Shown here: piece after piece, positions 11,637 to 25,279 of the stretch
Layout of the letters: every line of letters starts with the position of its first letter
Position numbering within the stretch: position 1 is the first letter of the stretch
Assembly (NCBI RefSeq): GCF_001194135.2
Contig: NC_068999.1
Span: forward strand, 2,490,046-2,554,045
Origin: Octopus bimaculoides
Taxonomy: Eukaryota
Direction of reading: 5' to 3'
Length of the DNA stretch: 64,000 nucleotides
Translations under genes and position numbers: made by a program
The notes under the pieces: generated by a model
Database searches by the model: none
Seen by the model: only the letters and a program-made list of their open reading frames with translations
What the model was told of the DNA's origin: nothing

Positions 11637-14099
11637 AGGCATAGGTAGAAACTCCATAAGATGTACCCAGTGTAAGCTATGGACACATAAGAGGTGTAGC
11701 AATATCAAAGGAAGGCTAACTGGGAAGATAGTTTTTGTGTGTGACAAATGCTCATCATCATTGTCATCATCATCATCATCATTGTCATCGCTGTCGTCTT
11801 TGTCATCATCATCCTTATCATCCTCACCATCATCCTCCTCATCGTTGTTGTTGTCATTGTTGCCGTCATCTTTATCATCGTTGTCATCATCATCATTGTT
11901 CATGGCATAAGTTGGATGGTTTGACAGGATCTGACACGTCAAAGGACTGCATGAAGCTCCATTGTCCACTTTGGCAGAGTCCATTACGGCCAGACAGTTG
12001 GCCTTCCTAATGCCAACCACTTTACAAAGGGTGCTTTTTTTTTCATTGCACCAACACCATTGGGGTCACCAAGTAATTCACAAGACAAGACTTCCCAACT
12101 GAGTGATGACATAGTACTGAGGGGTGGTGGTCGGGCGGGGGGGGGGCCTTAATGCCAAGTGTTGAGAGATTAAAGTAAGATAGAGGGACTGGAAGATGTG
12201 TCTTGCTGAAGAGGAGATACATGGCCACCCCAGCTGGAAAGGGAAAGATATGATGTTGATGAGGTGACAGGGTCTTGTGTTAAAGATGAAGACTGAGGTG
12301 AACACAGGTGGTTTCATGTTCAACTGTGAATGATTTTTTTCATATGGAGATGNNNNNNNNNNNNNNNNNNNNNNNNNNNNNNNNNNNNNNNNNNNNNNNN
12401 NNNNNNNNNNNNNNNNNNNNNNNNNNNNNNNNNNNNNNNNNNNNNNNNNNNNNNNNNNNNNNNNNNNNNNNNNNNNNNNNNNNNNNNNNNNNNNNNNNNN
12501 NNNNNNNNNNNNNNNNNNNNNNNNNNNNNNNNNNNNNNNNNNNNNNNNNNNNNNNNNNNNNNNNNNNNNNNNNNNNNNNNNNNNNNNNNNNNNNNNNNNN
12601 NNNNNNNNNNNNNNNNNNNNNNNNNNNNNNNNNNNNNNNNNNNNNNNNNNNNNNNNNNNNNNNNNNNNNNNNNNNNNNNNNNNNNNNNNNNNNNNNNNNN
12701 NNNNNNNNNNNNNNNNNNNNNNNNNNNNNNNNNNNNNNNNNNNNNNNNNNNNNNNNNNNNNNNNNNNNNNNNNNNNNNNNNNNNNNNNNNNNNNNNNNNN
12801 NNNNNNNNNNNNNNNNNNNNNNNNNNNNNNNNNNNNNNNNNNNNNNNNNNNNNNNNNNNNNNNNNNNNNNNNNNNNNNNNNNNNNAAATTTCAAGAAAAG
12901 GATTTCCTCATAATCCTCTTTGACAAACATTGTTGGTATAGTTACTCACTGCTCCAGCCACTACCACTGACTCCATTCCTGATCTTATCTTGATTCTTTT
13001 ATTATCACTTATTCTTTTCTTTCATTTTTTCCTTTCTTCTTCTCTTTCTTTCTCAGTCGTTCTCTCTTTTCATTGTTTCTTTTTTTCTCAGCTTTTCCAT
13101 TACTCTTTCCGGTCCTTCATTTCTTTCTTTCTTCCTTCCACCATTTCTTTCTGCCTTTTCTCTTTCTTTGTTACATTTTATTTTGTATTTTTCCTTCTTT
13201 TCTTTTCCCCTTCTTCTTTTCTTTCATTATCTTTCTCTCTCATTCCAAAGTCATTGCTTCTAATGAATAATAGGGGCCTAAGAACAGATCCCTGGTAAAC
13301 ACCTACCTCTACTACTTCTATAATACACTAGCCTATGGGGAAATTTAAAAAATAACAGCCAAATCACCCTCACCCTCAGATCACAACATGCTGTCTTAAG
13401 AAAAGGGAAGGGCATCCAGCTGTAGAAACTCTGCCAAATTAGATTGGGGCTTGGTGTTGCCATCCGGGTTTCACCAGTCCTCAGTCAAATCGTCCAACCC
13501 ATGCTAGCATGGAAGGCGGACGTTAAACGATGATGATGATGATGATGATACTCAATGTATCCCAGATACCCTTAGTTATAAATACCCTTTGTTTATAGAT
13601 AGTACCCCTAAAAGGCTATTCATCTACGTTAGGGATTTTTTAATCTGAGCTTAACATAACAAACAAGCATGTTGACGAAAGAGGTCACGAACTTTGATAA
13701 CATTGTTGGAATAGAAATGCCTCCCCCTCTCTCTCCCTCTCTCTCACGTATCCTTAATGAAGTTCTCAGAGAAATTTAGTGTGACAGAAAAGGTAACAAG
13801 ACTGGCCCTTTGAATTACAGGGACTACTCATTTTTATTAGCTGACTGGAAATAAAGTGTCTTACTCAAAAACACAATGCGCCGGTGGGAATCGAACTCAT
13901 GACCTGATGATTATGAGCCAGATACCCTAACCACTATGCCATGTGCCTTCACACACACTCACACACTCATGTACAAATGCCGAAATACACACATACAGAG
14001 AGAGCTGGTAAGAGAAGGGAGGAGATATCATACATGTATACAAACATAATTAGATGCTCTCACACACATTAAATGAAAGGGACAGGGTGATAATGAGAG

Positions 14100-15110
14100 A
14101 AACATCAAAATGTCTGATGTCAGATATGTCAGTGCTGAATCAGTGGCGCCAAAACAGCCATGCCGAAATGTTTTATACACACGTCAGGAAAATAGCATTT
14201 GAGACATACTGAAAGTAGGAAGTTTTCTAAAGTTCTGCCATAAGAGGAACAAAGGCAAGGGGTGTTTCAGATTGCAAGACAGTAGGTCAGCAAGAATCAA
14301 GTCATTTAGGGAAATGTGTGTTTGGAATGACAGAAATGCAGCAACCTTCATCAACACCAAGAGGAAAGAGGCTTGGAAATGTTACTATGAGATTTTGGTG
14401 AATATGAAGAACGTATGAGAGAAGGAGGAACTATTCCAAGTGAACTGAACAGAGGAATGAGCAACTGCACTTAACTGCTGTCTGGTGAAGTGCATGATTA
14501 ATGATACGAAGGCAGGAAAAGCCGCTGGTCCATGAAGTATAGTCACTGAAATGCTGAAAATATTTGGTAAAGTAGGCATAGCTGTAGTCACTCACACAAT
14601 CAGTCTGTAGAATAGGAATACATTATACTCAGTGACTGACATAGCAGTTATCACCGTCTTCTGCTACAACACCAAAGGAGATACCGAGAACAGTATTTCT
14701 CAAATTTTTTAACAATCCACTTTTTTCTTTTACTAACACACCCCTTGCTATGATCCAATGGCTCCTCCCCATTTCTAATACACATTTCTATCCTACTGGC
14801 CCCTTGGCCCCAGTACCCACATAAAATTTCCCATCAACCTGTCTGCTACCTCTAAGGAGTAGTTCTTCCCACTTTGAAAGTCACTACTCGAGAAGGAAGC
14901 AACAACAGATGTGTCAAAGAGAGGGACAAATTTATGAAATTAGCAGGAGTTACAACAGAACTGATTAGGAAAAAGAAAAAGCTTAATGAGATTCAATTTG
15001 GGTTTGGTTCATGATGGGGTACCACTGATACCTTTCTTCTGGGCATGAGATGTTTTGGTACAGAGTTTTGGCGCCACCTATTTGGCATTGTTCATTCAAC
15101 ACTGGCTTAT
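14100..15110 (+). mobile_element. Heavily decayed RTE-clade LINE ORF segment
   Basis: Fragments EAWKCYYE, KAGKAAGP..IVTEMLKI and EIQFGF are typical of the RTE linker and RT start. Confidence 0.6.
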
Positions 15111-15336
15111 TTGACATCAGACATTTTGTCCCTCTCACCTTTTGGTACCATGAAAATTTTGTTTTTATTCTTCGTGCTAACTAACTTGAGGTCACATCAA
15201 TTAAACTACTCAATTAATAAATATCATTTAGCTTTCTGATTCACTTGATGTATTTATGATAGCTGATGAAATATTGATGAAACATGGAACAGAAACATTT
15301 TCTCACTTTGGATTTCTGTACTTCTTTGACAAAGTA

Positions 15337-15480
15337 CAAGGGTGAGTCAAAATGTAATGCCATTTTGTTTAGGACAGGTAGAATTACCAACACAGGAACA
15401 TGTATCGTACATCAAAATGAAGCTGGTCCTCTGTGGATCACATCCCTACTTCTCAACATAGTCACTGTTTCTCTCAGTAG
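15337..15480 (+). mobile_element. Mariner-like left end fragment
   Basis: TA+CAAGGGTGAGTCAAAATGTAATGCC terminus resembles mariner TACGAGGG-type TIRs. Confidence 0.55.
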
Positions 15481-16173
15481 CCAACTATTGCATAATGTCC
15501 AAATAAAGAGATGCAAATATGCACACTGATGCACAGACACATGCATGCGTGCACATAAATCAGGCTTGTTTGGCACATAAAAAGCACCCACTGCACTCTC
15601 AGAGTGGTTGGCATTAGGAAGGGCATCCAGCTGTAGAAACCTTGCCAGATCAGATTGGAGCCTGGTGCAGCCTACTGGCTTGCCAGTCCCCAGTCAAACT
15701 GTCCAACCCATGCCAGCATGGAAAGCAACAGTTAAACGATGATGATGATGAAATTCACTCTAATTCACTTTCAAGAATTTGGTCAGCTCAGAGCTAAACT
15801 AGAAGACACTGTCACTAAGCGTCACATATTGAAATCGAATTTATCTTAGATTCAGGTCTATACAAGCTCTGTAAGTAAATCTGTGCAGTAATAGACAATG
15901 AAGAAGAAGAAGCTTGTCAGGTGGACTACATCTCTAATTCCAAATGCCCAGCCTTGTCACATGGCCGAGAATTACATCAATAGTACAAGGTGCCTTGTAC
16001 GATAATATGAGTAAATAGTTCCATTGGTTGAACAACTAGGACACACACTAGAGTTAATGAGGTGAAGCTCATCCTGCATGCACACAAGCATCGTTGATTC
16101 TGTTATTTTATTCTCATTCTTAAATTAGTGACATTGGATAATAATAGAATTAATGGTACCTTTGTAAATTAAT

Positions 16174-16207
<34 letters not shown>

Positions 16208-16359
16208 CGTGTATGAATGTATATATATATATATATACGTGTATGAATGTATATATTTGTATACATATATGTATGTATGTACTCACAGCTCTTTATAGAT
16301 AAACACATGAACATATATTCAAGTACATGAAACTGTATCCACTCATGCATGTCTAACAC

Positions 16360-17406
16360 ATCAAAGGCAGGTTAACTAGCAAGTTAGTTTTTGTTTGTGG
16401 CAGATGTTCAGGTGCAATAAAGACTTTAAACAAACAGGAAACAACTTCTATCTCATTCCAGGGTGAAAAACTAGAGGTAGTCGATAGCTTCCGCTATCTG
16501 GGCGACCAAGTTAGTAGTGGGGGTGGGTGCGCTGAAAGTGTAGCTGCTAGAATAAGAATAGCCTGGGCAAAGTTTAGAGAGCTCTTACCCCTGCTGGCGA
16601 CAAAGGGACTCTCACTCAGAGTAAAAGGCAGACTGTATGACGCATGCGTACGAACAACCATGCTACATGGCAGTGAAACATGGGCTGTAACTGCTGAGAA
16701 CATACGTAAGCNNNNNNNNNNNNNNNNNNNNNNNNNNNNNNNNNNNNNNNNNNNNNNNNNNNNNNNNNNNNNNNNNNNNNNNNNNNNNNNNNNNNNNNNN
16801 NNNNNNNNNNNNNNNNNNNNNNNNNNNNNNNNNNNNNNNNNNNNNNNNNNNNNNNNNNNNNNNNNNNNNNNNNNNNNNNNNNNNNNNNNNNNNNNNNNNN
16901 NNNNNNNNNNNNNNNNNNNNNNNNNNNNNNNNNNNNNNNNNNNNNNNNNNNNNNNNNNNNNNNNNNNNNNNNNNNNNNNNNNNNNNNNNNNNNNNNNNNN
17001 NNNNNNNNNNNNNNNNNNNNNNNNNNNNNNNNNNNNNNNNNNNNNNNNNNNNNNNNNNNNNNNNNNNNNNNNNNNNNNNNNNNNNNNNNNNNNNNNNNNN
17101 NNNNNNNNNNNNNNNNNNNNNNNNNNNNNNNNNNNNNNNNNNNNNNNNNNNNNNNNNNNNNNNNNNNNNNNNNNNNNNNNNAAGACACCATTTCGAGCGT
17201 GGCCGTTTTCGTGCGGGTGACACGTAAAAGCACCCACTACACTCTCTGAGTGGTTGGCGTTAGGAAGGGCATCCAGCTGTAGAAACTCTGCCAAATCAGA
17301 CTGGAGCCTGGTGTTGCCATCCGGTTTCACCAGTCCTCAGTCAAATCGTCCAACCCATGCTAGCATGGAAAGCGGACGTTAAACGATGATGATGATGATG
17401 ATGATG
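16360..17406 (+). mobile_element. Young 5'-truncated RTE LINE spanning a gap, with (GAT)n tail
   Basis: Open frame 16360-16711 (KGRLTSKLVFVCGRC...VDSFRYLG...MLHGSETWAV); 3' UTR and GAT repeats after the gap. Confidence 0.9.
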
Positions 17407-17418
17407 ATATATATATAT

Positions 17419-17465
<47 letters not shown>

Positions 17466-19413
17466 TATGCATATATGTGTGTGTGTGTATGTGTTTGCGT
17501 GTGTACATCTGTGTATCTGAATGATTAACATCCACTCCTCAAAGTTTAATAATTAATTATACTTGATTACCTGCAAACAAGTTGGTTCATGACCAAGTGA
17601 GTGCATAAATTATAAGAGAAGTAGAAAACGATCGATCAAATTTGTCCATAAAACTTGTCCTTAAATGTATTTAGTTTCGTTGGGGTTTTTTTAATTTTCT
17701 TTTATGATTTTTTTTTTTTTTTTTTTGGTACATTCGTGATATTTTAATCTCTGGAAACTCTACCGACTTTAGCTAAACAGAAGATTTTATTTTTATACAT
17801 TTATCTGATTTCCGATATTGGACATTGTCCAGCTGGATGACGATTTGTTGCTAAAAAAAAAAAAACCATGTTGTGGTTGGTTTGCAGATATTTTTACTAT
17901 TCTCTCTCTGTTTCTGTTTTTAGACAATAAATAATAAATACGTATATTGTCTTTCGCACACAAACATACGTATATCTGTCCATTACTATTTCAACCGAAT
18001 CCTCTCTGGTAATGGCACAATGAAAAATTGCACCCACTAAGACTATGAGGAGCATTTGACGGAAACTTAATTAAATGGTGCTCTGTTGGTGACTACGATG
18101 AATTTTCCAGTTGAACCAATCAACAGAACAACCTACCCATGAAATTAATGTACAAGTGGTTGAGCACACCACAGGCATATATACCCTCTCTCTATTACTA
18201 CCTTTCCCTCAGACTAATACTTTTTGCAACCTTCTCATTTTAGCAGATAATTCGCCCAACATCCCTCAGGGTCACATTATAGATTTTTATTGAAATCCAA
18301 TTAGCCTATTATTGAACTGGATGTTAACGTAACATGTATGCAAAGTTTCGTGAATATTGGTTTGTTGGTTTAGGCACTAAGATGGTAACAGTCAGACAGA
18401 CAGAATTGCCATTTATATATATGTGTGTGTGTGTATGTATCTTTGTGTTTGTACCCCACCACTGCTTGAGAACCGGTGTTGGTGTGTTAACGTCCCTGTA
18501 ACTTGGTGGTTCAGCAAAACAGACCGATATAATGAGTACCAGGCTTTAAATAAAAAAGCCCTGCAGTTGATTTGTTTTATTAAAACCCTTCAAGGCGGTG
18601 CCCCAGCATGGCCGCAGTCAAATGACTGAAACAAGTAAAAAAAATCCTTTCCTGAGGTCTCTCACGTACTACTCCTTTATTAAATGTTTCTATAAGTAGT
18701 ATCTGTGCAGATGAAGCCATCACATTTGCACAAGATTACTGCTTCCCTGCGGAGGCACAATGGCCCAGTGGTTAGGGCAGCGGACTCACGGTTGTAGGAT
18801 CACGGTTTCGATTCCCAGACCGGGTGTTGTGGGTGTTTATTGAGTGAAAACACCCAAAGCTCCACAAAGATCCGGCAGAAGGTGGTGGCAACTTTCTCTC
18901 ACTCTTTCTTCCTGTTGTACTTGTATTTCAAAGTAGCCAGCCTTGTCACACTCTGTGTCACGCTATCGTGTCTGTGTTTATTCCCCCTCCCTCCACTATC
19001 GCTTGACAATCGATGTTGGTGTGTTTACATCCCTGAAACGGAGTGAGATATATCAGTTGTTCGGAAAAATTCAAAGCTTTGGAATTTTTTATAGATAACC
19101 GACCCGAGGAATCGTTTCTCCACGATCTTTAGGCCACGTTACGGTGCTAACCGGCCTCATCAGTCATTATTACATTTATAACAGATTTGGAGGAATTAGA
19201 TGAAAGTTCTCCAGTAGTGTTCTTTCATGCAAATAAATCATGCTATTTTTAAAATTTGCCACCAAAATCTTATAAAATGACTATATTCTAAAAATAAATG
19301 TTTTTAGTTAATTATTCATTTTGAGACGATTAAATAAACATCACTATATTATCATTTTTTTTAATGATGTAGTGAAGAGGGGGGAAATTATAACAGTAAT
19401 AACTTGTCTTTTA

Positions 19414-19446
<33 letters not shown>

Positions 19447-19498
19447 GTGTGTGTGTGTGTGTGTGCCTCCCAACCCACATCTACACACACAGGCTGAC

Positions 19499-19697
19499 AT
19501 GGCGTGTTTCGCCCATCTTCCAGTCTCTCGACTTTTCCGTCGTCTTCGGTGGCAAGAATACGCATATTTATTGACCTTTCTTTTAGAAATTTCACTGAAA
19601 GTGTCTGCCGATGATGTCACTGCGGATCAATCAAAAAAACTTGTGAAGACTTTCGTCTGGGACGAACGTGGATATTTGATCTATTGTCCCTGCATGG
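19499..19697 (+). CDS. POFUT1: POFUT1 exon 1 (MACFAHLP...[13 protein letters not shown])
   Basis: ATG at 19499; donor G|gtaag at 19698 (phase 1). The start codon is the least certain part. Confidence 0.88.
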
Positions 19698-22600
19698 GTA
19701 AGAGCGTATCTATATGCATGTACACACGTGTGTCTGTATGTTTATATGATTGAGTATGTGTGCGTACGTATCTGTTGTGATAGTCAATACCAGTGACCTC
19801 TCTTATCAATCTGTAATTTTTATTTATATGTTTTCCAAAGTACTGAACCGTAAATGTTTCTTCTTTGTTGTTTTCTCGGTAATTGAGAACAGCAAATGAA
19901 TTCTTATTTACCTTTGCTCGAAATAAAAAAAAACAAAAGTCCTAAACTTCGGCAATTTCCGTCAACGCCTGCCATTACGCGAACGTCGTCTGTTGGTATA
20001 ATTGTACTTTAACGTCTTAAATTCATACAAACCCAACGAACGAAATTAATTATCACAGTGGAAGCCAAATTTTATGGTTAATGTTTACATCTTGACTAAC
20101 TTTTTATAGTTAACCAATTTTATTCATTCCTTATTTTTTAATGATTACTAACAATAAACTGTGGTGGTGGGGAACTTAATTATCGTAATTCAGCAGAAAC
20201 TTATTAAAACTTTCTTTTAGTATTAATTATTAACGCTAATTAGGGGAATTTTTTTAAAAAATAAGTGGCAATTTTTAAACATTGCTTAACATGAATTAAT
20301 TGAGTTCAACTTCCTGATGTTAGTTCAGCAACAAAATATTGTCAACGTGGAATTGAATGGATCCTCGTCGGTTCCGTTTATGATTATTTGTTCGATCAAC
20401 TGAACAATGTTTATTTATTTACCATAATAAAAGCACTGACACGTGTACCCTTAACCTTTCCTAATGCACCACACTGGTACATGTTTATTCCTTTTACAAA
20501 TTAAAGCGCATACCATAACCCTAACCCTGTTTCAAAATAATTTTAATACCCTTTTTTGTTCTGGTTTTTAGATATATTAAAACTTTTTTTAAAAAAGCTG
20601 ATGGCTTTCCATAACGCTCTTAGTTCTAATCATGAATAGAAAATGGTCGAAAATCGCTGGTTTTAAACGATGGTTACATCGGGTAGATCGGTGTTCGCGA
20701 CTGAACAACACTAAGCATACAGTTAAACATGATTTAGTATCGCCGCACAAGTCATATAAAGTTGTTAGTGAAGTACAAAATATCCACGAAGAATCAATAA
20801 CATGGAAGAAATAACAACAGGGTGGACTTACGCAGTTGTTGAGTGGTTTCTTCTGATTTCTTGGATATCACTCGAGTCCACCTTGGGTCCACTTGAGCCT
20901 TACATGTCTGGCCCAGTAGAACTGGTGCTTTCAATATTCTGCGATCGTTCATTCTACTCCATTCTCGAATTTCCTTCCTTTCAGATATGTTTCTGCAACA
21001 ATATTCCTAGCGTGGATCCTTTCATGGCCCTCCATGTCATAGCTAGTCCTTTCTTTTCCATAGTGGTCGATGTCTCGCCTGCATAAGGGTAGGATGGTAT
21101 TATTGAAGAGATTGTTATGCAGGGTCTTGACCAATCTGTTCCTTGAATACATATTTAATTAAGGTAAATACCTTCCACCCTGCTCTTATTCCGTGTGAGA
21201 TTTCATCATTAATCTGGAGTTTGGGTGACAAAGGACCGAGACAACTGCTGTGCTTTAGAAGATCTGCCCAGCAAAGTGAAGTTCAAGTCCATGACTCCTC
21301 CCTCTCCCTCCAACCACCGCTGTTCCCCTCCCTCGTGCTCCCTCATGTGCCCACTCAATACTACTCTTCCCTAGTTGAGGGGTCTTGTCCTGCAAGTTAC
21401 TTGGTAACCTCACTGCTGCTGCGGGTGCCACATAAAAAGCTCTGAGTACTCTCTGCAAAGTGGTTGGCGTTAAGGGAGGCATCCAGCTGTAGAAGCCATG
21501 CCAAAGCAGACAGTAAAGCTTTGTGTAGTCTTCTGACTTGTCTGTTCCTGTTAAACCGTCAGACCTATAGCAGCATGGAAAACAGACGTTAAATGATGAT
21601 GATAATGATTATGATGATGATGATGATGATGTCCGCACCTTTAAGTAAGATTCGAATGTATTAGGATAAAATTAAAACTATAAAGATTTAATTTCAGAGT
21701 AATTACTTAACGAGATTAAGTAATCTAGCTACAAATGCTTTTCACAAAATTTTTCAAAAATTGTGTCTTTTTTGTCTTTTATCTTCTTTTTCAAGGACGT
21801 TTTGGCAATCAAGCAGAACAATTTCTTGGTGCTCTTGGTTTTGCAAAAGCCATCAACCGCACATTAGTCTTGCCACCATGGAGAACATATGTAAGATTTT
21901 CTTCCTTTAAATTATTAAGATGGTGATGCTGACCATAACCATCGATATTGTCAGTTTATGTTGATTTTTTTCCATGCTGGCATGAATTAGCTCTGTTCCA
22001 GCACAACATTTCATCACATGTTGCAGTCCTTTGCTGTCGGATACAACAAAATAGAAAATCATTTTTCATTGTTGCATATGTCAGGTATTTTAAAATAGGT
22101 TGGTTGTTTCTTTTAGCTAAGGTTTTCAACTTTAGTATATAAATATAAAAAGCACTGATGCTGGTGCCACATAAAAAGCACCCAGTACACTCTGTGGAGT
22201 GGTTGGTGTTAGGAAGGGCATCCAGCCATGGAAACAATGCCAGAACAGACACTGGACTCTGGTGTGGCCCCTGGCCTTACCAGCTCCAGTCAAACTGTCC
22301 AACCAATGCCGACATAGAAAATATGTTCAATGATGATGATGATATCAACTTTACCCCTTTACATTGGGAAATCTACATTCTCTTTCTACTATGGATTGAT
22401 ATGTGTGTATATAAAGAGAGAGAGAGAGAGAGATGTGTGTATATGTGTATGTGCATGTTTGTATTTAGTGAGAGCTGTGCGAGCCATGTACAGAGATGCT
22501 GCCAGTAAGGTGAGGGTTGGAAATGAGTACAGCAATGAATTCTGGGTAGAGGTAGGGGTCCACCAAGGTTCCGTCCTCATCCCCCTCTTATTTATCATAG

Positions 22601-24366
22601 TCCTCCAGGCAATCACAGAGGAGTTCAAGACAGGTTGCCCCTGGGAGCTCCTCTATGCTGATGACCTTGCCCTAATTGCGGAGTCACTATCAGAACTAGA
22701 GGAGAAGTTTCAGGTGCGGAAGCAAGGTCTAGAATTGAAGGGCCTTAGAGTCAACCCAGCTAAAACCAAAATCCTAATAAGTAGGAAGGTAGATAAAACA
22801 CAANNNNNNNNNNNNNNNNNNNNNNNNNNNNNNNNNNNNNNNNNNNNNNNNNNNNNNNNNNNNNNNNNNNNNNNNNNNNNNNNNNNNNNNNNNNNNNNNN
22901 NNNNNNNNNNNNNNNNNNNNNNNNNNNNNNNNNNNNNNNNNNNNNNNNNNNNNNNNNNNNNNNNNNNNNNNNNNNNNNNNNNNNNNNNNNNNNNNNNNNN
23001 NNNNNNNNNNNNNNNNNNNNNNNNNNNNNNNNNNNNNNNNNNNNNNNNNNNNNNNNNNNNNNNNNNNNNNNNNNNNNNNNNNNNNNNNNNNNNNNNNNNN
23101 NNNNNNNNNNNNNNNNNNNNNNNNNNNNNNNNNNNNNNNNNNNNNNNNNNNNNNNNNNNNNNNNNNNNNNNNNNNNNNNNNNNNNNNNNNNNNNNNNNNN
23201 NNNNNNNNNNNNNNNNNNNNNNNNNNNNNNNNNNNNNNNNNNNNNNNNNNNNNNNNNNNNNNNNNNNNNNNNNNNNNNNNNNNNNNNNNNNNNNNNNNNN
23301 NNNNNNNNNNNNNNNNNNNNNNNNNNNNNNNNNNNNNNNNNNNNNNNNNNNNNNNNNNNNNNNNNNNNNNNNNNNNNNNNNNNNNNNNNNNNNNNNNNNN
23401 NNNNNNNNNNNNNNNNNNNNNNNNNNNNNNNNNNNNNNNNNNNNNNNNNNNNNNNNNNNNNNNNNNNNNNNNNNNNNNNNNNNNNNNNNNNNNNNNNNNN
23501 NNNNNNNNNNNNNNNNNNNNNNNNNNNNNNNNNNNNNNNNNNNNNNNNNNNNNNNNNNNNNNNNNNNNNNNNNNNNNNNNNNNNNNNNNNNNNNNNNNNN
23601 NNNNNNNNNNNNNNNNNNNNNNNNNNNNNNNNNNNNNNNNNNNNNNNNNNNNNNNNNNNNNNNNNNNNNNNNNNNNNNNNNNNNNNNNNNNNNNNNNNNN
23701 NNNNNNNNNNNNNNNNNNNNNNNNNNNNNNNNNNNNNNNNNNNNNNNNNNNNNNNNNNNNNNNNNNNNNNNNNNNNNNNNNNNNNGTGCGGGTGGCACAT
23801 AAAAGACACCATTTTGAGCGTGGCCGTTTTCGTGCGGGTGACATGTAAAAGCACCCACTACACTCTCTGAGTGGTTGGCGTTAGGAAGGGCATCCAGCTG
23901 TAGAAACTCTGCCAAATTAGATTGGAGCCTGGTGTTGCCATCCGGTTTCACCAGTCCTCAGTCAAATCGTCCAACCCATGCTAGCATGGAAAGCGGACGT
24001 TAAACGATGATGATGATGATGATGTACATACGCACATGTTTCTGTCTTCTTCACAGAAAAACATACCATTTGATGAATGGTTTCGTGTTGAGCCTTTGTC
24101 TACGTACCATTCTCTGATCCTAGCAGAAGATTTCATGGCTTATCTGGCACCAACATACTGGCCCCCTGGTAATCGTACCGGCTGGTGTTTCTCAATAGAA
24201 GAAGATAAAACAAAAGATTGTCGGATGAAAGAAGGTAAGTTATTATTACAAAGTCCTCTACGAGGTTTTGTTTTATTTTTCTGATACCAAATGATTTACA
24301 GAATGAATATACACACAAACATATGAATATACTATATATACACACACACATATGAATATACTATAT

Positions 24367-24449
<83 letters not shown>

Positions 24450-25240
24450 CATTATTATTATTATTCAGCGTTTTGTAGTTTCAGGCAAACTTCTACTGCA
24501 TTACCTGCTACACCTCTGTGTTGTTGGGGTGTGTGCTGCATTGTGTTTTTTTATTTATTGGGTGGTGAGTGCAAACTCTTCCTGGTATTGTATTGTGCCA
24601 GTGTGTTTTGTTATGGGGTTTGGTTGCAGGTTTTTTTGTGTATTAGTGTTTGTATTGTGTGTGTAATGCAAGTTGTGTTCTTTTGTTGCTTATCTAGCCT
24701 GTTGGTGGTTGTTTATTTTATTAGATATTTGCTATATAGAGTGTATCTTTTATTTGTAGATTGTGTTTTTTTTTGGGGGCGGGGTGTTATTGAATTGATG
24801 GTGTCTTGCATAGAATGTGGGTTGTTCCTAGTAGGGCTATTGAGGGTCCTGTTATAGCTTCTACATTTTAGTTCCTATGTTTTTTTTTATCATGCTCAAT
24901 ACTCTAGTTATTACTGGTATTATTATTATTATTGTTATTATTATTATTATTTTCTACTGGAACAGGTTTGTAAAATCCATATTTGTAAATAAATATAAGG
25001 ATGTTAACTTGCTCTCCAGTTAACATTGTTACCTTATTTAGGGCTGATGAAAAATCCATAAGAGACGTAGGCATTAAATAATTACCTACAAATGTGGATT
25101 TCAAAATTTTAGGTGGCCCTAACCATGCCAGTTGACTATACTAATAATAACATTCAGCTGTATTGACTACATGCAGCACTCTTCTTTCATTTCTGACTTT
25201 CTATGGAAACTTTCAATATCACCTATGTATATATATATAT

Positions 25241-25279
<39 letters not shown>

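Noticed and set aside
11472-12020. 182-aa ORF with a poly-Asp tract (and a His-rich ORF on the + strand)
   Set aside because: It is made of an RTE tail, a (CAT/GAT)n microsatellite and (TACA)n; it is a low-complexity artefact.
19131-19145. CCACGT motif upstream of POFUT1 as a possible ERSE/UPRE
   Set aside because: It is a single partial match without the CCAAT-N9 partner or the TGACGTGG consensus.
22330-23951. Long ORFs of 350-490 aa in the track (also at 12308, 16494, 38607 and 59991)
   Set aside because: Their length comes from N-gaps; only short RTE segments are real sequence.
25036-25075. CTGATGA...GAGACGTA hammerhead-like trace (also a minus-strand CTGATGAGGCC near 19155-19170)
   Set aside because: Stem I cannot form in either, stem II is missing in the first, and the GAAA core is broken in both.
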